Source: an uncultured Chloroflexia bacterium (GTDB lineage: Bacteria; Chloroflexota; Chloroflexia; Thermomicrobiales; UBA6265). From it: a DNA stretch of 64,000 bases. The notes beneath the pieces are model-generated. The model searched no databases and was not told the DNA's origin. It saw nothing but the letters and a program-made list of their open reading frames with translations. The position numbers and the translations under genes were made by a program. This document shows positions 21,992-31,480 of this stretch, one piece after another. Numbering within the stretch: position 1 is the stretch's first letter; each line of letters begins with the position of its first letter. Location of the stretch: positions 128,001 through 192,000 of the forward strand of contig CAVRUC010000010.1 in assembly GCA_963724295.1 (NCBI GenBank), written 5' to 3'.

Positions 21992-22070
21992 GACGAGCCT
22001 TGACTGCGCCGCGCGGAATTAGGCATCAGGCTTCGCGGATGTGCAAGCCGACGGGGGTGATGGGTGATCG

Positions 22071-22109
22071 GGCTATTGGCTGTTGGCTGTTGGCTGTTGG
22101 CTGTTGGCT
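22071..22109. repeat. Tandem heptamer array (GGCTRTT) x ~5.5
   Basis: ggctatt ggctgtt ggctgtt ggctgtt ggctgtt ggct. Confidence 0.9.
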
Positions 22110-22166
22110 CACGACCGATGACTCACAATTCACGACGAGCCGTCTTGCCATTTCGCCATCTACTTG

Positions 22167-22188
22167 CCGACTCACCGACTGACCGACT
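22167..22188. repeat. Short reverse-orientation copy of the AGTCGGTN octamer array
   Basis: ccgact caccgact gaccgact. Confidence 0.75.
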
Positions 22189-22194
22189 CACGCC

Positions 22195-22225
22195 ACAAAC
22201 ACGAACCCGGCCTCTTGGGCCGGGC
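22195..22225 (-). terminator. Probable intrinsic terminator between the CPA2 antiporter and the APC transporter
   Basis: Minus strand GCCCGGCCCAAGAGGCCGGGTTCGTGTTTGT: GC stem followed by a T-rich tail. Confidence 0.55.
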
Positions 22226-22326
22226 ACGTGCGGGAAGGGGAAGGGGTTTGGGTTCGAGAAGCGGTGGGTCTGGGGAGGACTCGCCGGCTTCTTGACCCTA
22301 TCTACGTCGCCTTCTCGAGATCGGAT

Positions 22327-24048
22327 TCACTTTCTCTCCCGCGCGGCGTCAGGTTCGCTGGTGCCATAGACCGTTTGCCTCCTCACGCTAACCAAATCGT
22401 CGGTCTCGCCTGAATTGATCCCCTGCCAGCCCAGCACCTGGCGCACGAACTCGAGACCCGCCTCGAACTCCGGCTGGACCACTTCGTCAGCTCCCCTCGC
22501 GGAGAGCCCGCTGACGTCCCCTGCGCCGGGAGCGCGGACGATGACATGGATGGCAGGGTTCAGCGCACGCGCGTTCCGGATCACCGCCTCAGTGGCCAGG
22601 AGGTCGGGGGTCGTGACCGCGACCGTACGCGCCGTTGGCACTCCCGCGCTCTCCAGCTCGGCGCGCGAGGCCGCATCTCCGTAGAGCGCGTCGATGCCCC
22701 GCTCGCGCAAGTCGCGCACGATCGCCGGATTGAGCTCGATGACGCTGTACGCCTGATCCCAGTGATCGAGCGCCGCGCCGATCTCGGCGCCCACCCGGCC
22801 AAACCCGCAGATGACCACATGGTCACCAGCCGGCGCCACGGGCGGAGGAGGTCCGGCCGCCAGCCGCTCCTGCCGCTCCACACCAGGCAGGTGCTCGGCG
22901 ATGCGGACAAGACGAGGCGAGATGGCCACCAGGATCGGCATGGCCAGAATCGAGCAGAGCGCGACCGAGAGGATCGTGCCGTACTCGCCGATGTCGATCA
23001 GTCCGTGCTCGAGCCCTGAGCCAGCCAGGACGAAGCTGAATTCACCCATCTGCGCCATGAAGACCGCCGCCAGCGTCGATGTCCGGTGATCGACACCCGC
23101 GGCCAGCAGCGCGCCTCCGGTGATCAGCAACTTGCCGGCGACGAGCACGAACGCGAACCCCAACACGAGCTGCCACTGGGCGATCAGCGCGAACGGGTCG
23201 ATCAACATGCCCACGGCAACGAAGAACAGGGTGGCGAAGATATCCCGGATTGGGATGATGTCGGCCAGCACTTGCTCTTCGAAATCCGTCTCGGAGACGA
23301 CGATCCCGGCCAGGAATGCTCCCAGACCCAGCGACAACCCGGCCGCATGCGTCGCCAACGCGACACCGAGGGCGATGGCCACGATGGTGAGCATGAAGAG
23401 CTCTCGCGAGCCGGAACGCGCGACGATGCGAAGCAGCGGAGGCACGAGCCGGGTGCCGAGGAGAAACGCCCCGATCAGGACCACCGCGGAGATCAGCAGC
23501 GACTCCGCAATGCCGAACCCCCCGCCGCGCTGGCCGGCGATGACCGGGAGGAGCGCGAGCATCGGCGCCAGGCTGAAATCCTGGACGATGCCGAGACCGA
23601 GCGCCACCCGGGCATGCGGGCTCTCCATCTCTCCCCGGCCCATGAGCGTCTTGAGCGCGACGATCGAGCTGGAGATGGCGAACGCGCCACCGAGCAGGAG
23701 CGCCGCACCCAATGTCCAGCCACCAGCTAACCCCGCCGCTGTCCCCAGGAGCACGGTCAGCGGGATCTGGAGTGCCCCACCCAGCAGCGCGGCGCGGCGG
23801 ACCCGGATCACTTCGCTGAGGGAGAATTCGACGCCAAGCCCGAACATCAGCAGCGCGACGCCGAGATTCGCCAGCAGCTGCACTCGATCCACGTCCGCCA
23901 CCAGACCAGGCGTATTCGGCCCCACGGCGAGGCCCGCGAGGATGTACCCGATCAACGCGGGTAGTCCCAGGCGCTGCGCGATAAGTCCGCCGATCGCCGC
24001 CGCGCCTAGCGCAAGCACGATGTCGACGATGAGGCCAACATCCTCCAT
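22327..24048 (-). CDS. CPA2 cation:proton antiporter with RCK_N (TrkA-N) domain (Kef/YbaL-like)
   Basis: GVALLMFGLGVEFS, VQD, FFVAVGM, QMGEFSFVL; VVICGFGRVG Rossmann motif; ADEVVQPEFE. Confidence 0.92.
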   Translation of the reverse strand: MEDVGLIVDIVLALGAAAIGGLIAQRLGLPALIGYILAGLAVGPNTPGLVADVDRVQLLANLGVALLMFGLGVEFSLSEVIRVRRAALLGGALQIPLTVLLGTAAGLAGGWTLGAALLLGGAFAISSSIVALKTLMGRGEMESPHARVALGLGIVQDFSLAPMLALLPVIAGQRGGGFGIAESLLISAVVLIGAFLLGTRLVPPLLRIVARSGSRELFMLTIVAIALGVALATHAAGLSLGLGAFLAGIVVSETDFEEQVLADIIPIRDIFATLFFVAVGMLIDPFALIAQWQLVLGFAFVLVAGKLLITGGALLAAGVDHRTSTLAAVFMAQMGEFSFVLAGSGLEHGLIDIGEYGTILSVALCSILAMPILVAISPRLVRIAEHLPGVERQERLAAGPPPPVAPAGDHVVICGFGRVGAEIGAALDHWDQAYSVIELNPAIVRDLRERGIDALYGDAASRAELESAGVPTARTVAVTTPDLLATEAVIRNARALNPAIHVIVRAPGAGDVSGLSARGADEVVQPEFEAGLEFVRQVLGWQGINSGETDDLVSVRRQTVYGTSEPDAARERK

Positions 24049-24232
24049 GAATTGCTCCGGTCGGACTCGGCCGACGTCATCTGGTCTGGTGCGCTATGCG
24101 TATTGAAGCAGCAATGCGGCACTTGGCGAATCTGCTCGCGCCTGAACGCGAGCCGGGGGACGACCAGGGCCTCGCGACACACCCCGGTCGATTCATACCT
24201 GGCAGGCTCGTTCGCGACTCCCCGCTTCCGGC

Positions 24233-25633
24233 TCAGGCGCGGAAGAAAACGATGAGCGTCACGGCCAGGAGCAGACCGAGCAGGACCGGCCAATAGGCCA
24301 GCACCGGGACCAGGTTGTGCCGGAACGCGATGAGCCTCACCTTCACCGGCGAGGCAAGCAGGATGGCGTTCAGGACGACGACGATGATGATCCCGTACAG
24401 GACGATGGGGATCGTCTCGATGTAGCTGAGACCCTGCGTGTCAACACCGCTGCGTATCTGGTTGTGTTTCAGGATGACCGCGAACAGGAGACCGCTCGCG
24501 GCAGTGAGCACCCCCGCGGTGCTGAGCTGGAAGCGGCTCTTCAGGTTTTCGTCGTCCGTCGTGAGCGCCAGGAGTCCGAAGAGCAGGAATGCCACGGCGA
24601 TGGCAAAGACGAAAATGTCGAAGAATGGCCCGGCGAAATTGCGATCGAGGATGAGATTGAAATAGAGGTCGGGAAGATCGGGGTATTGGCCAGCGACGCC
24701 GATGCCAAATGAGGAGTCGTACTGCTGTGCCGAAAAACTGAACCCGGAATAGACAGGCGACCATCCACTGTAGACGAATTCGCTCTCGACTCCCGGCATC
24801 GATGTCGGACGCATCGTGGTGTACGAGGAGAAATCGGGCACCAGGACGATGTCACGAGAAAAATCGCGCGGCCAGATGCGAACCCAGAGATCCTGTTCGT
24901 CGAACGGATACTCCGCGTACTCAAAGGGCTGGCGCAGCGTTGCCGCGAAATACCAGCCTATGGTCTCGATGCCACCCTCTTCGTATCGGTACGCTTCCTT
25001 GGCATCGTAAGCCTCCTTGACCCCCTCCGCGAGCACCACGCCTCGGTCGATATCGTCCGGCACGTCGGGACCGAACCGCTGCCAGATGTACCCGGTGACC
25101 TCAACGTTATCGCCCGTCAAGAATTCCATTGACTGGATCATGACACCCGTCGGGATGCGAATGGCGTCGATCCCCGCCGGAATGTGCTGTGCGAGATACG
25201 CATCCGTCTCGGCTATTGTAGTAACCGGGGTTCCATGCCATCGATCCTGAAGTTCGGACCTTGCAATCGCCGCCCAGGCGAGAACAAGGCCCACCAGGAG
25301 CGCTATCGACCAGGCAACGGACGTCGCCACCAGCGCCGCCAAAGTACCCCGTTCTGGCCGGAAAACCAGAACGGCCAGCGCCATGATCGCAACGACGGCC
25401 AGAACAATTGTGGCGCCGATCAGGGGCGTGTCCGGTGCGGCCACAATCGAGCCATAGATCTGCAAATAGCGAGACAGCGCCCAGATCGACCCGGCCGCCG
25501 CAAGGACCAGCAGCACCGCGGCAGCCGGTCGTACCCACGACGGGCCAACGGAACGCCGTGCCGCCTCGGCCGCGGCGTCCGCACCCTCTTTCGGTGCCAT
25601 ATCCGGTTCTGTGGAAATCGGCGCTACGCCCAC
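24233..25633 (-). CDS. Prokaryotic pentameric ligand-gated ion channel (Pro-loop receptor) homologue with three extra N-terminal TM helices
   Basis: beta1-2 RIPTGVMIQSMEF..EVTGYIWQRF; Pro-loop FEYAEYPFDEQDLWVRIW; loop-F GW; pre-M1 Arg (LILDRN); four C-terminal TMs. Start (GTG 25633) inferred. Confidence 0.75.
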   Translation of the reverse strand: MGVAPISTEPDMAPKEGADAAAEAARRSVGPSWVRPAAAVLLVLAAAGSIWALSRYLQIYGSIVAAPDTPLIGATIVLAVVAIMALAVLVFRPERGTLAALVATSVAWSIALLVGLVLAWAAIARSELQDRWHGTPVTTIAETDAYLAQHIPAGIDAIRIPTGVMIQSMEFLTGDNVEVTGYIWQRFGPDVPDDIDRGVVLAEGVKEAYDAKEAYRYEEGGIETIGWYFAATLRQPFEYAEYPFDEQDLWVRIWPRDFSRDIVLVPDFSSYTTMRPTSMPGVESEFVYSGWSPVYSGFSFSAQQYDSSFGIGVAGQYPDLPDLYFNLILDRNFAGPFFDIFVFAIAVAFLLFGLLALTTDDENLKSRFQLSTAGVLTAASGLLFAVILKHNQIRSGVDTQGLSYIETIPIVLYGIIIVVVLNAILLASPVKVRLIAFRHNLVPVLAYWPVLLGLLLAVTLIVFFRA

Positions 25634-25813
25634 GATCGCCTCTGAGGAGAGTGGCCAGTCTCGCCACCCATGAGATGCGCCCACGGCCAGGATAGTGCAA
25701 AGAGCACGGTAGAGAGAGTGCCAGAGCCGGTTCGCGGCGGGCCAATGGCATGCTCCAGGCCGGCCTCTATACTCCGCCAATCTCGCAAGTGACCATTTCT
25801 GGGAGGAGCGCCC

Positions 25814-27530
25814 ATGCCCGACCCGGCGACCAGCTTCGACGCGACCGCTTGGCGGCGGCGGCTGCGCGTCGCTCAAGGACTGGAACCCGCCGATCTCGTC
25901 CTTGCCGGCGGCACGGTCGTCGACGTGCTCTCGGGTGACACGTACGACGCCGACATCGCCATTGCCGGCGGTGTCATCGCCGGAGTGGGGGCCTATCCTC
26001 GGGCCCGGGAACGGCTCGATGTTACCGGCGCGTGGGTCTGCCCGTCGTTCATCGACGCGCACGTCCACACCGAGAGCGCGCTGGTCTGGCTGCCGGAGTT
26101 CGCCCGTGCGGTCGTTCCGCACGGCACCGGCGCAGTCGTGACCGATCCTCACGAGATCGCCAACGTCGCCGGGTTGTCGGGCATGGAGGCGATGCGCGCC
26201 GCCGCACGCGGATTGCCGCTCGACATCTATTTCACGGTGCCGTCCTGCGTACCGGCGAGTCCGTGGGAGTCAGCGGGGGCGGAGTTTGGACCGGCCGAGA
26301 TGGCCGAGATGCTGGGATGGCCAGAGTGCGTCGGACTGGGCGAGCTGATGAATTTCCCAGGCGTGCTCGCCGGTGATGACGATATCGCCCGCAAGCTGAC
26401 CGCCTCCGCGGGCAGACGCCATGACGGGCACGCCCCGGGCGTGCGTGGCGCCGCACTACAGGCGTACGTGGGAGCGGGTCCCGGCTCGGATCATGAATCG
26501 ACGACGCCTGGCGAAGCGCGGGAAAAGTTGCGCGCCGGGCAGATGGTGATGATCCGGGAGGGATCCTCGGCGCGAAATATGGCCGCGCTCCTGCCCATCG
26601 TCTCCGACGCAACGTACCCACGGTGCTGTTTCTGCTCCGACGACCGTGACGTCCACACCCTCCTCCACGACGGTCACATGGATGTCACCCTACGCCAGGC
26701 CATCGCCATGGGACTCGATCCGGTGCGAGCGATCCGATTGGCCACCTGGAACGCGGCCGACTACTGGAGGCTCGACGGCTGGGGTGCGGTCGCGCCCGGA
26801 TTTCGCGCGAATCTGGTCGTGCTGGATGACCTGCGTGAGGTGCGCGTCACCATGACGCTCCATGACGGGAAGATCGTGGCCCGCGATGGAGCGCTCATCG
26901 ACGGACGCGATTGCCAGGAGCGCCATTCCCGACAGCCTGCGCGACAGCGTCCATATCGCGCCTCTCAGCCTGCGCGACCTTCGCCTCGATCCCGCGGCGG
27001 CGAAGGAAGCCGTCGGCGTCATCGCCGGCGAGATCGCGACCCGGCTGCTCGAGGTCGAGCCGGAGCTGCGTGACGGATCGGCCGTGGCCGCGCCGGAGCG
27101 GGATCTCCTGAAACTCGTCTGCGTCGAACGTCACCACGCCACGGGCCGCGTCGGCGTCGGCTACGTGCACGGTTTCGGGCTACGCCAGGGTGCGCTGGCA
27201 TCATCGATCGCCCACGACGCCCACAATATCGTGGCGGTCGGCGCTGACGACGGCGACCTGCTGCTGGCGATCGTCACCGTCGCCGAGAGCGGCGGCGGGC
27301 TGGCGACAGTCGCCAAGGGTCAGGTGCTGGCCCAGATGGCGCTTCCGATCGCCGGCATTCTCTCTGACCGGCCACTGGCTGAAGTCGGAAGCGCGTACGC
27401 GGCGCTGGAGGATGCGGCGCGGGGGCTTGGCAGCCAGCTCCCGTCGCCGTTCGGCCTCCTCGCCTTCCTGGCGCTGTCGGTGATCCCGGAGGCACGCGTC
27501 ACCGATCGCGGGTTCGTGCACGTCGGGTAA
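25814..27530 (+). CDS. ade: Adenine deaminase, split by one frameshift near 26905
   Basis: FIDAHVHTES, DPHEIANV, GELMNFPG, DGHAP, DHES, CSDD in ORF 25814..27073; VERH, SIAHDAHN, LPIAG, LSVIPE in ORF 26862..27530. Confidence 0.9.
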
Positions 27531-27656
27531 TGGTTCATGGGTGAGGGTGATTCTGGGTGACGGTCGTGCGTAGAGCGCGTGTTAACTCATTCCTCTCGAC
27601 CGACCATCACCTATCCCCCATCCTGGAATCCTGCGCAAGAGAAGATTGGACATTTC

Positions 27657-29030
27657 GTGACCAGAACTGAAATCGAGACGCAGCCCCAGACTGTCGCACC
27701 CGGCCACGCGCCCGAGGTTGGCCAGGCACTGAACGGATTCGATCCCTCCCAATTGCCCCCCGACATGGAACGGATCGACCTCAGCGACCCTGAGTATCGA
27801 GAGCACGCCTTCGAGCGCTATGAGGAGATGCGCGCCAGGTGCCCCGTGAGCCGGGCCATCATCACGAGCGGCCAGGAGAGGCGGGATCGCAGGCTATCTT
27901 CAATCGGCCACTCTGGATGGTCACCGACTACGAAGTCGGCTCGCGCGCCCTTCTCGACCGCGCCATCACCGTCGACATGGCATCGGTGCTGACACCGGAG
28001 CAACTGGGGCAGATGCCGGAGACGCCCCCGGAATTTCAACCGCTCGATGCGCAACATCCTTACCGTCGATCCACCCGAGCACACGCGCCTGCGCAAACTG
28101 GTGCAGCCCTCGTTCACCGCCAGCGCGATCGAGAAGCTGCGGCCGCGCATCCAGCAGATAACGGATGAGCTGCTCGCAGTGGCCGATGCCACGGCCGCCG
28201 AACGCGGCGAGAGCGCGCCCGACCGGCAGATGGAGCTGATCTCGCAATTCTCCTATCCCCTCCCGATCACCGTTATCTGCGAGATGCTCGGTATCCCGCC
28301 CGAAGATCGGGAGCAGACCCGGCGCTGGTCGGAAGATTTGCTCAGCGCGCAGTCCCCGGAGCGGATGGAGGAGATCGGGCGCAACATCGGCGAGTTCATC
28401 GCCTACCTGCGCGATCTCTTCGCTCGCAAGCGGGCAACCCCCGGTGATGACCTCATCTCGCAGCTCCTTCAGGTCGAAGTCGACGGCGATCGCCTGACCG
28501 AGGACGAGATCCTGGCGATGGTCTTCATTCTCTTCGTCGCCGGCCACATCACGACGGTGAATCTCATCGCCAATGGCCTCTTCGCGCTGCTCACCCACCC
28601 GGAGCAAACGGCCAAGCTGCGCGCCGATCCTGGCCTCACCACAAACGCCGTCGAGGAGATTCTTCGCTACTACGGTCCGGCCGAGACCACGACCCCGCGC
28701 TTCGCCCGTGAGGACGTGGAGCTGGGCGGGCAGGCGATAGCCAAGGGCGATCCGCTGCTGGTCGTCCTGGCAGCCGCCGACCGCGATCCCACACGGTTCG
28801 CCGACCCGCAATCGTTCGACATCACGCGCGACGATGCGAACCGGCATATCGCCTTCGGCAAAGGTGTCCACGCCTGCCTCGGCGCTCCGCTGGCCCGGCT
28901 GGAAGGACAGATCGCGCTGGAGACGCTCCTCCGCCGCTACCCGGACCTGCGGCTGGCCGTCCCCGCGAGCGAGATCACCTGGTCGCCGAGTTTTCTGAGG
29001 AGTCTGACCGGGCTGCCGCTGCTGTTCTGA
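27657..29030 (+). CDS. Cytochrome P450 (CYP107-like), N-terminus split by two frameshifts (~27880, ~28045)
   Basis: DPPEHTRLRKLV, AGHITT, EEILR, HIAFGKGVHACLG; upstream frames supply the expected N-terminus. Confidence 0.9.
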
Positions 29031-29112
29031 GGCAATCGGATCCCGCGTCCGGCGGCCACAGTTGCCGCGGCCGACGGCTCTCAATCAGCAATGGTGAGGC
29101 CCCGGAAAGGAG

Positions 29113-29379
29113 ATGCGAATGACCGACGATCCGCACGGTGTCCGTGATATCCCGGTGGGGACCCCGGTGGTGGGCTTCAATGGCGCCCTGCTCGGCAATG
29201 TGCGGGAGGTTCACCCGCACTACCTCCTGGTTGGACGAGAGGGCGAGCACACCGACCTCGAAGTGCCGGTCCACGCCATCCTCGGCTTCTCGGACGGGCA
29301 GCTTCAGGTCTCGGTCAACCAGGACTCGGTGACCGAGGTCGACGACGTCGAAACCGCGCACCGACTGGGCCAGGAATAG
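29113..29379 (+). CDS. Small DUF2171/PRC-barrel-like protein
   Basis: IPVGTPVVGFNGALLGNVREV...DLEVPVHAI; AGGAG RBS. Confidence 0.7.
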   Translation: MRMTDDPHGVRDIPVGTPVVGFNGALLGNVREVHPHYLLVGREGEHTDLEVPVHAILGFSDGQLQVSVNQDSVTEVDDVETAHRLGQE

Positions 29380-29394
29380 CGTCAGCACCGCCCG

Positions 29395-30414
29395 TCAGTC
29401 GTTGAGGCGAGGGTCGAGCGCGTCGCGGAGACCGTTGCCGACCAGGCTGATCGAGAGAACGGTGAGGAAGATCAGGAAACCCGGGATGAAGACGTTGGTC
29501 CACGACCGCGTGAAGTACTCCCGGGCGTTCTCGAGCATGTTGCCCCAGGAAGGTGTCGGAATCTGCACGCCGAAGCCGAGGAAACTCAAGGCCGCTTCGA
29601 GCAGGATCAGTCCCGGTAAGGTTAGCGAGAGGGATACGATCATCAGCGGGATGACGTTTGGCAGAATGTGCTGAAAGATGATCCGGGAATTCGATGCGCC
29701 GATGACCCGCGCGGCCTCGACGTAGTCCCGTGAGCGCAGTGACAGGACCTCGCCCCGGATCAAGCGGGCGGTGCCAGCCCAGCCGAGCGCGGCGATGAAC
29801 AGCGCCAGGACATATGGACCTGGTTTGTAGATGGTGAAGGCGAGGATCAGCAGGGGCAACCCTGGGACGCAGAGGAGAACGTCGACGATGCGCATCAGCA
29901 CCGCGTCGACGAAATGACCGAAGTAGCCTGACATCGCGCCGACCACGCCGCCGATCGCGATCAGGACCGCGGAAGCCAGGATGGCCACGGCGAGCGAGAT
30001 ACGCCCGCCATAGGCGGCCCGCACCAGAACATCACGGCCATTGGCGTCGGTGCCGAGAAGGTGGCCGGGGCTAAACGGCGCCAGGAACTGGTCGCGCAGC
30101 TCCCCCTGCCAGTAGCTGTGTCCCGTGAAGCCCGCGATCAGATCCGCGGAGAGCGCAAAGAGGACGATGAGGGCGAACCCGATGAGTCCGGCCATGCTGA
30201 CATGGTCGCGGCGGAGGCGTCGCCACGCGCGCCGATACGGTCCCGGAGTGGCGCGCAGCTGGGCACGATCCAACACCGACGATTCGTGCCCGAGAAGCGC
30301 CCGACCTGTCCCGTGCAATGACCGGTCAACGCCAACCACGCCTCCCCTGGCCCTTCCGGCGGCGACCGTCGGGCTCGCGTTCGTGTCGCGGGTGACGCTG
30401 TCGAGCGCGCTCAC
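29395..30414 (-). CDS. Opp/Dpp-type ABC transporter permease (OppC-like)
   Basis: HLLGTDANGRD, YVEAARVIGAS, PTPSWGNML, GLRDALDPR. Confidence 0.93.
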   Translation of the reverse strand: MSALDSVTRDTNASPTVAAGRARGGVVGVDRSLHGTGRALLGHESSVLDRAQLRATPGPYRRAWRRLRRDHVSMAGLIGFALIVLFALSADLIAGFTGHSYWQGELRDQFLAPFSPGHLLGTDANGRDVLVRAAYGGRISLAVAILASAVLIAIGGVVGAMSGYFGHFVDAVLMRIVDVLLCVPGLPLLILAFTIYKPGPYVLALFIAALGWAGTARLIRGEVLSLRSRDYVEAARVIGASNSRIIFQHILPNVIPLMIVSLSLTLPGLILLEAALSFLGFGVQIPTPSWGNMLENAREYFTRSWTNVFIPGFLIFLTVLSISLVGNGLRDALDPRLND

Positions 30415-31376
30415 CCGTACCGAATCCGCGGGTCAAGCGTCGCGTAGGCAATATCGGCCAGGAGGTTCGCCAGCAGCGTCAGGCAGGAGAACATCAGCAC
30501 GGTGCCAAGAATGAGGGTGTAGTCGCTCTTGCGGGCTGCCTCGACCGTCAGTCGACCGAGCCCCGGCCAGGCAAAAACCGTCTCGACGATAAACGCGCCG
30601 CCGACGATTCCGGGCAGAGAGAGGCTGACCAGCGTAACAAGCGGCAGCAGGGCATTGCGGAAGGCATGCCCGTAGATGATGGCGTTGCCGTGGAGCCCTT
30701 TGGCGTGCGCGGTCCGCACGAAATCTTGCCGGATCACCTCCAGCATCTGCGAGCGGATGTACCGGGTCCATCCCGCAATGTCACCAATACTGAGGGCGAC
30801 CACTGGCAGGATCAGGTGCTCGACTCGATCGAAGAACCCCCCGCCGCGCCGAGCATCAACCATCCCGCTAACTGGCAGCGATGGCAATCCCCACTCCCGA
30901 AATTGCGACGAGAAGAGGAGAATCAGCAGCAGCGCCAGCCAGAACGTCGGCATCGCGAATGCGGCGACCGACAAGACCGTCACGGTGTTGTCGAACCACG
31001 AGCCGCGTTTGGTCGCGGAGTAGATCCCGAGCGGAATCGACAGGAGGAACGAGAAGACGAGCGAGACCCCGGTCAGCAGGATCGTATTCGGCAGTACGGC
31101 GACAATGCGATCCTTGACCGGCGTCGCATTGCTGAGCGAAATGCCGAGATCCCCCCGAACGAGATTGCTGACCCATTTGGCATACCGCACCGGCACCGGC
31201 TCGTTGAGCCCCATGTTCTCGCGAATGCGCTCGATATCCGCCGGTCGAAAGCGCGGATTGCGCTCCAGATCGGCGACGGGATTGCCCTGCGCGTTGACGA
31301 TGACAAAGGTCAGGAAGGTAATGCCGAAGAGCATCGGGATCGTGATCAACAGCCGCCGCAGGATAAAGGCCAACAT
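30411..31376 (-). CDS. Opp/Dpp-type ABC transporter permease (OppB-like)
   Basis: GDLGIS, QDFVRTAHAKGL, HAFRNALLP, ETVFAWPGLG, LDPRIR. Confidence 0.93.
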   Translation of the reverse strand: MLAFILRRLLITIPMLFGITFLTFVIVNAQGNPVADLERNPRFRPADIERIRENMGLNEPVPVRYAKWVSNLVRGDLGISLSNATPVKDRIVAVLPNTILLTGVSLVFSFLLSIPLGIYSATKRGSWFDNTVTVLSVAAFAMPTFWLALLLILLFSSQFREWGLPSLPVSGMVDARRGGGFFDRVEHLILPVVALSIGDIAGWTRYIRSQMLEVIRQDFVRTAHAKGLHGNAIIYGHAFRNALLPLVTLVSLSLPGIVGGAFIVETVFAWPGLGRLTVEAARKSDYTLILGTVLMFSCLTLLANLLADIAYATLDPRIRYG

Positions 31377-31426
31377 GGGCTTGTCTCAGTAACGCCGGGC
31401 CAATAACGGACGGTGAATGTGCGGGT

Positions 31427-31455
31427 GCTCGCGTCCTCGTTGTGAGGACGCGAGC
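31427..31455 (-). terminator. Stem-loop between the binding-protein gene and permease genes (attenuator or mRNA stabiliser)
   Basis: GCTCGCGTCCTC-N5-GAGGACGCGAGC, perfect 12-bp stem. Confidence 0.7.
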
Positions 31456-31480
31456 CGGACCATGACTGATTGGTTAGGGA

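Noticed and set aside
22200..22360. c-di-AMP (ydaO) riboswitch upstream of the KimA-like gene
   Set aside because: The minus strand has scattered look-alike words (GTGAATC, TAGGG, CGAACCC), but I cannot find the 5' half or the GTCAGCTAAC-type 3' motif, and part overlaps the antiporter CDS. An Infernal/Rfam search would settle it.
25814..29030. ade and P450 as true pseudogenes or programmed frameshifts
   Set aside because: No slippery heptamers are evident, catalytic motifs are intact, and indels cluster regionally; assembly error is more parsimonious.
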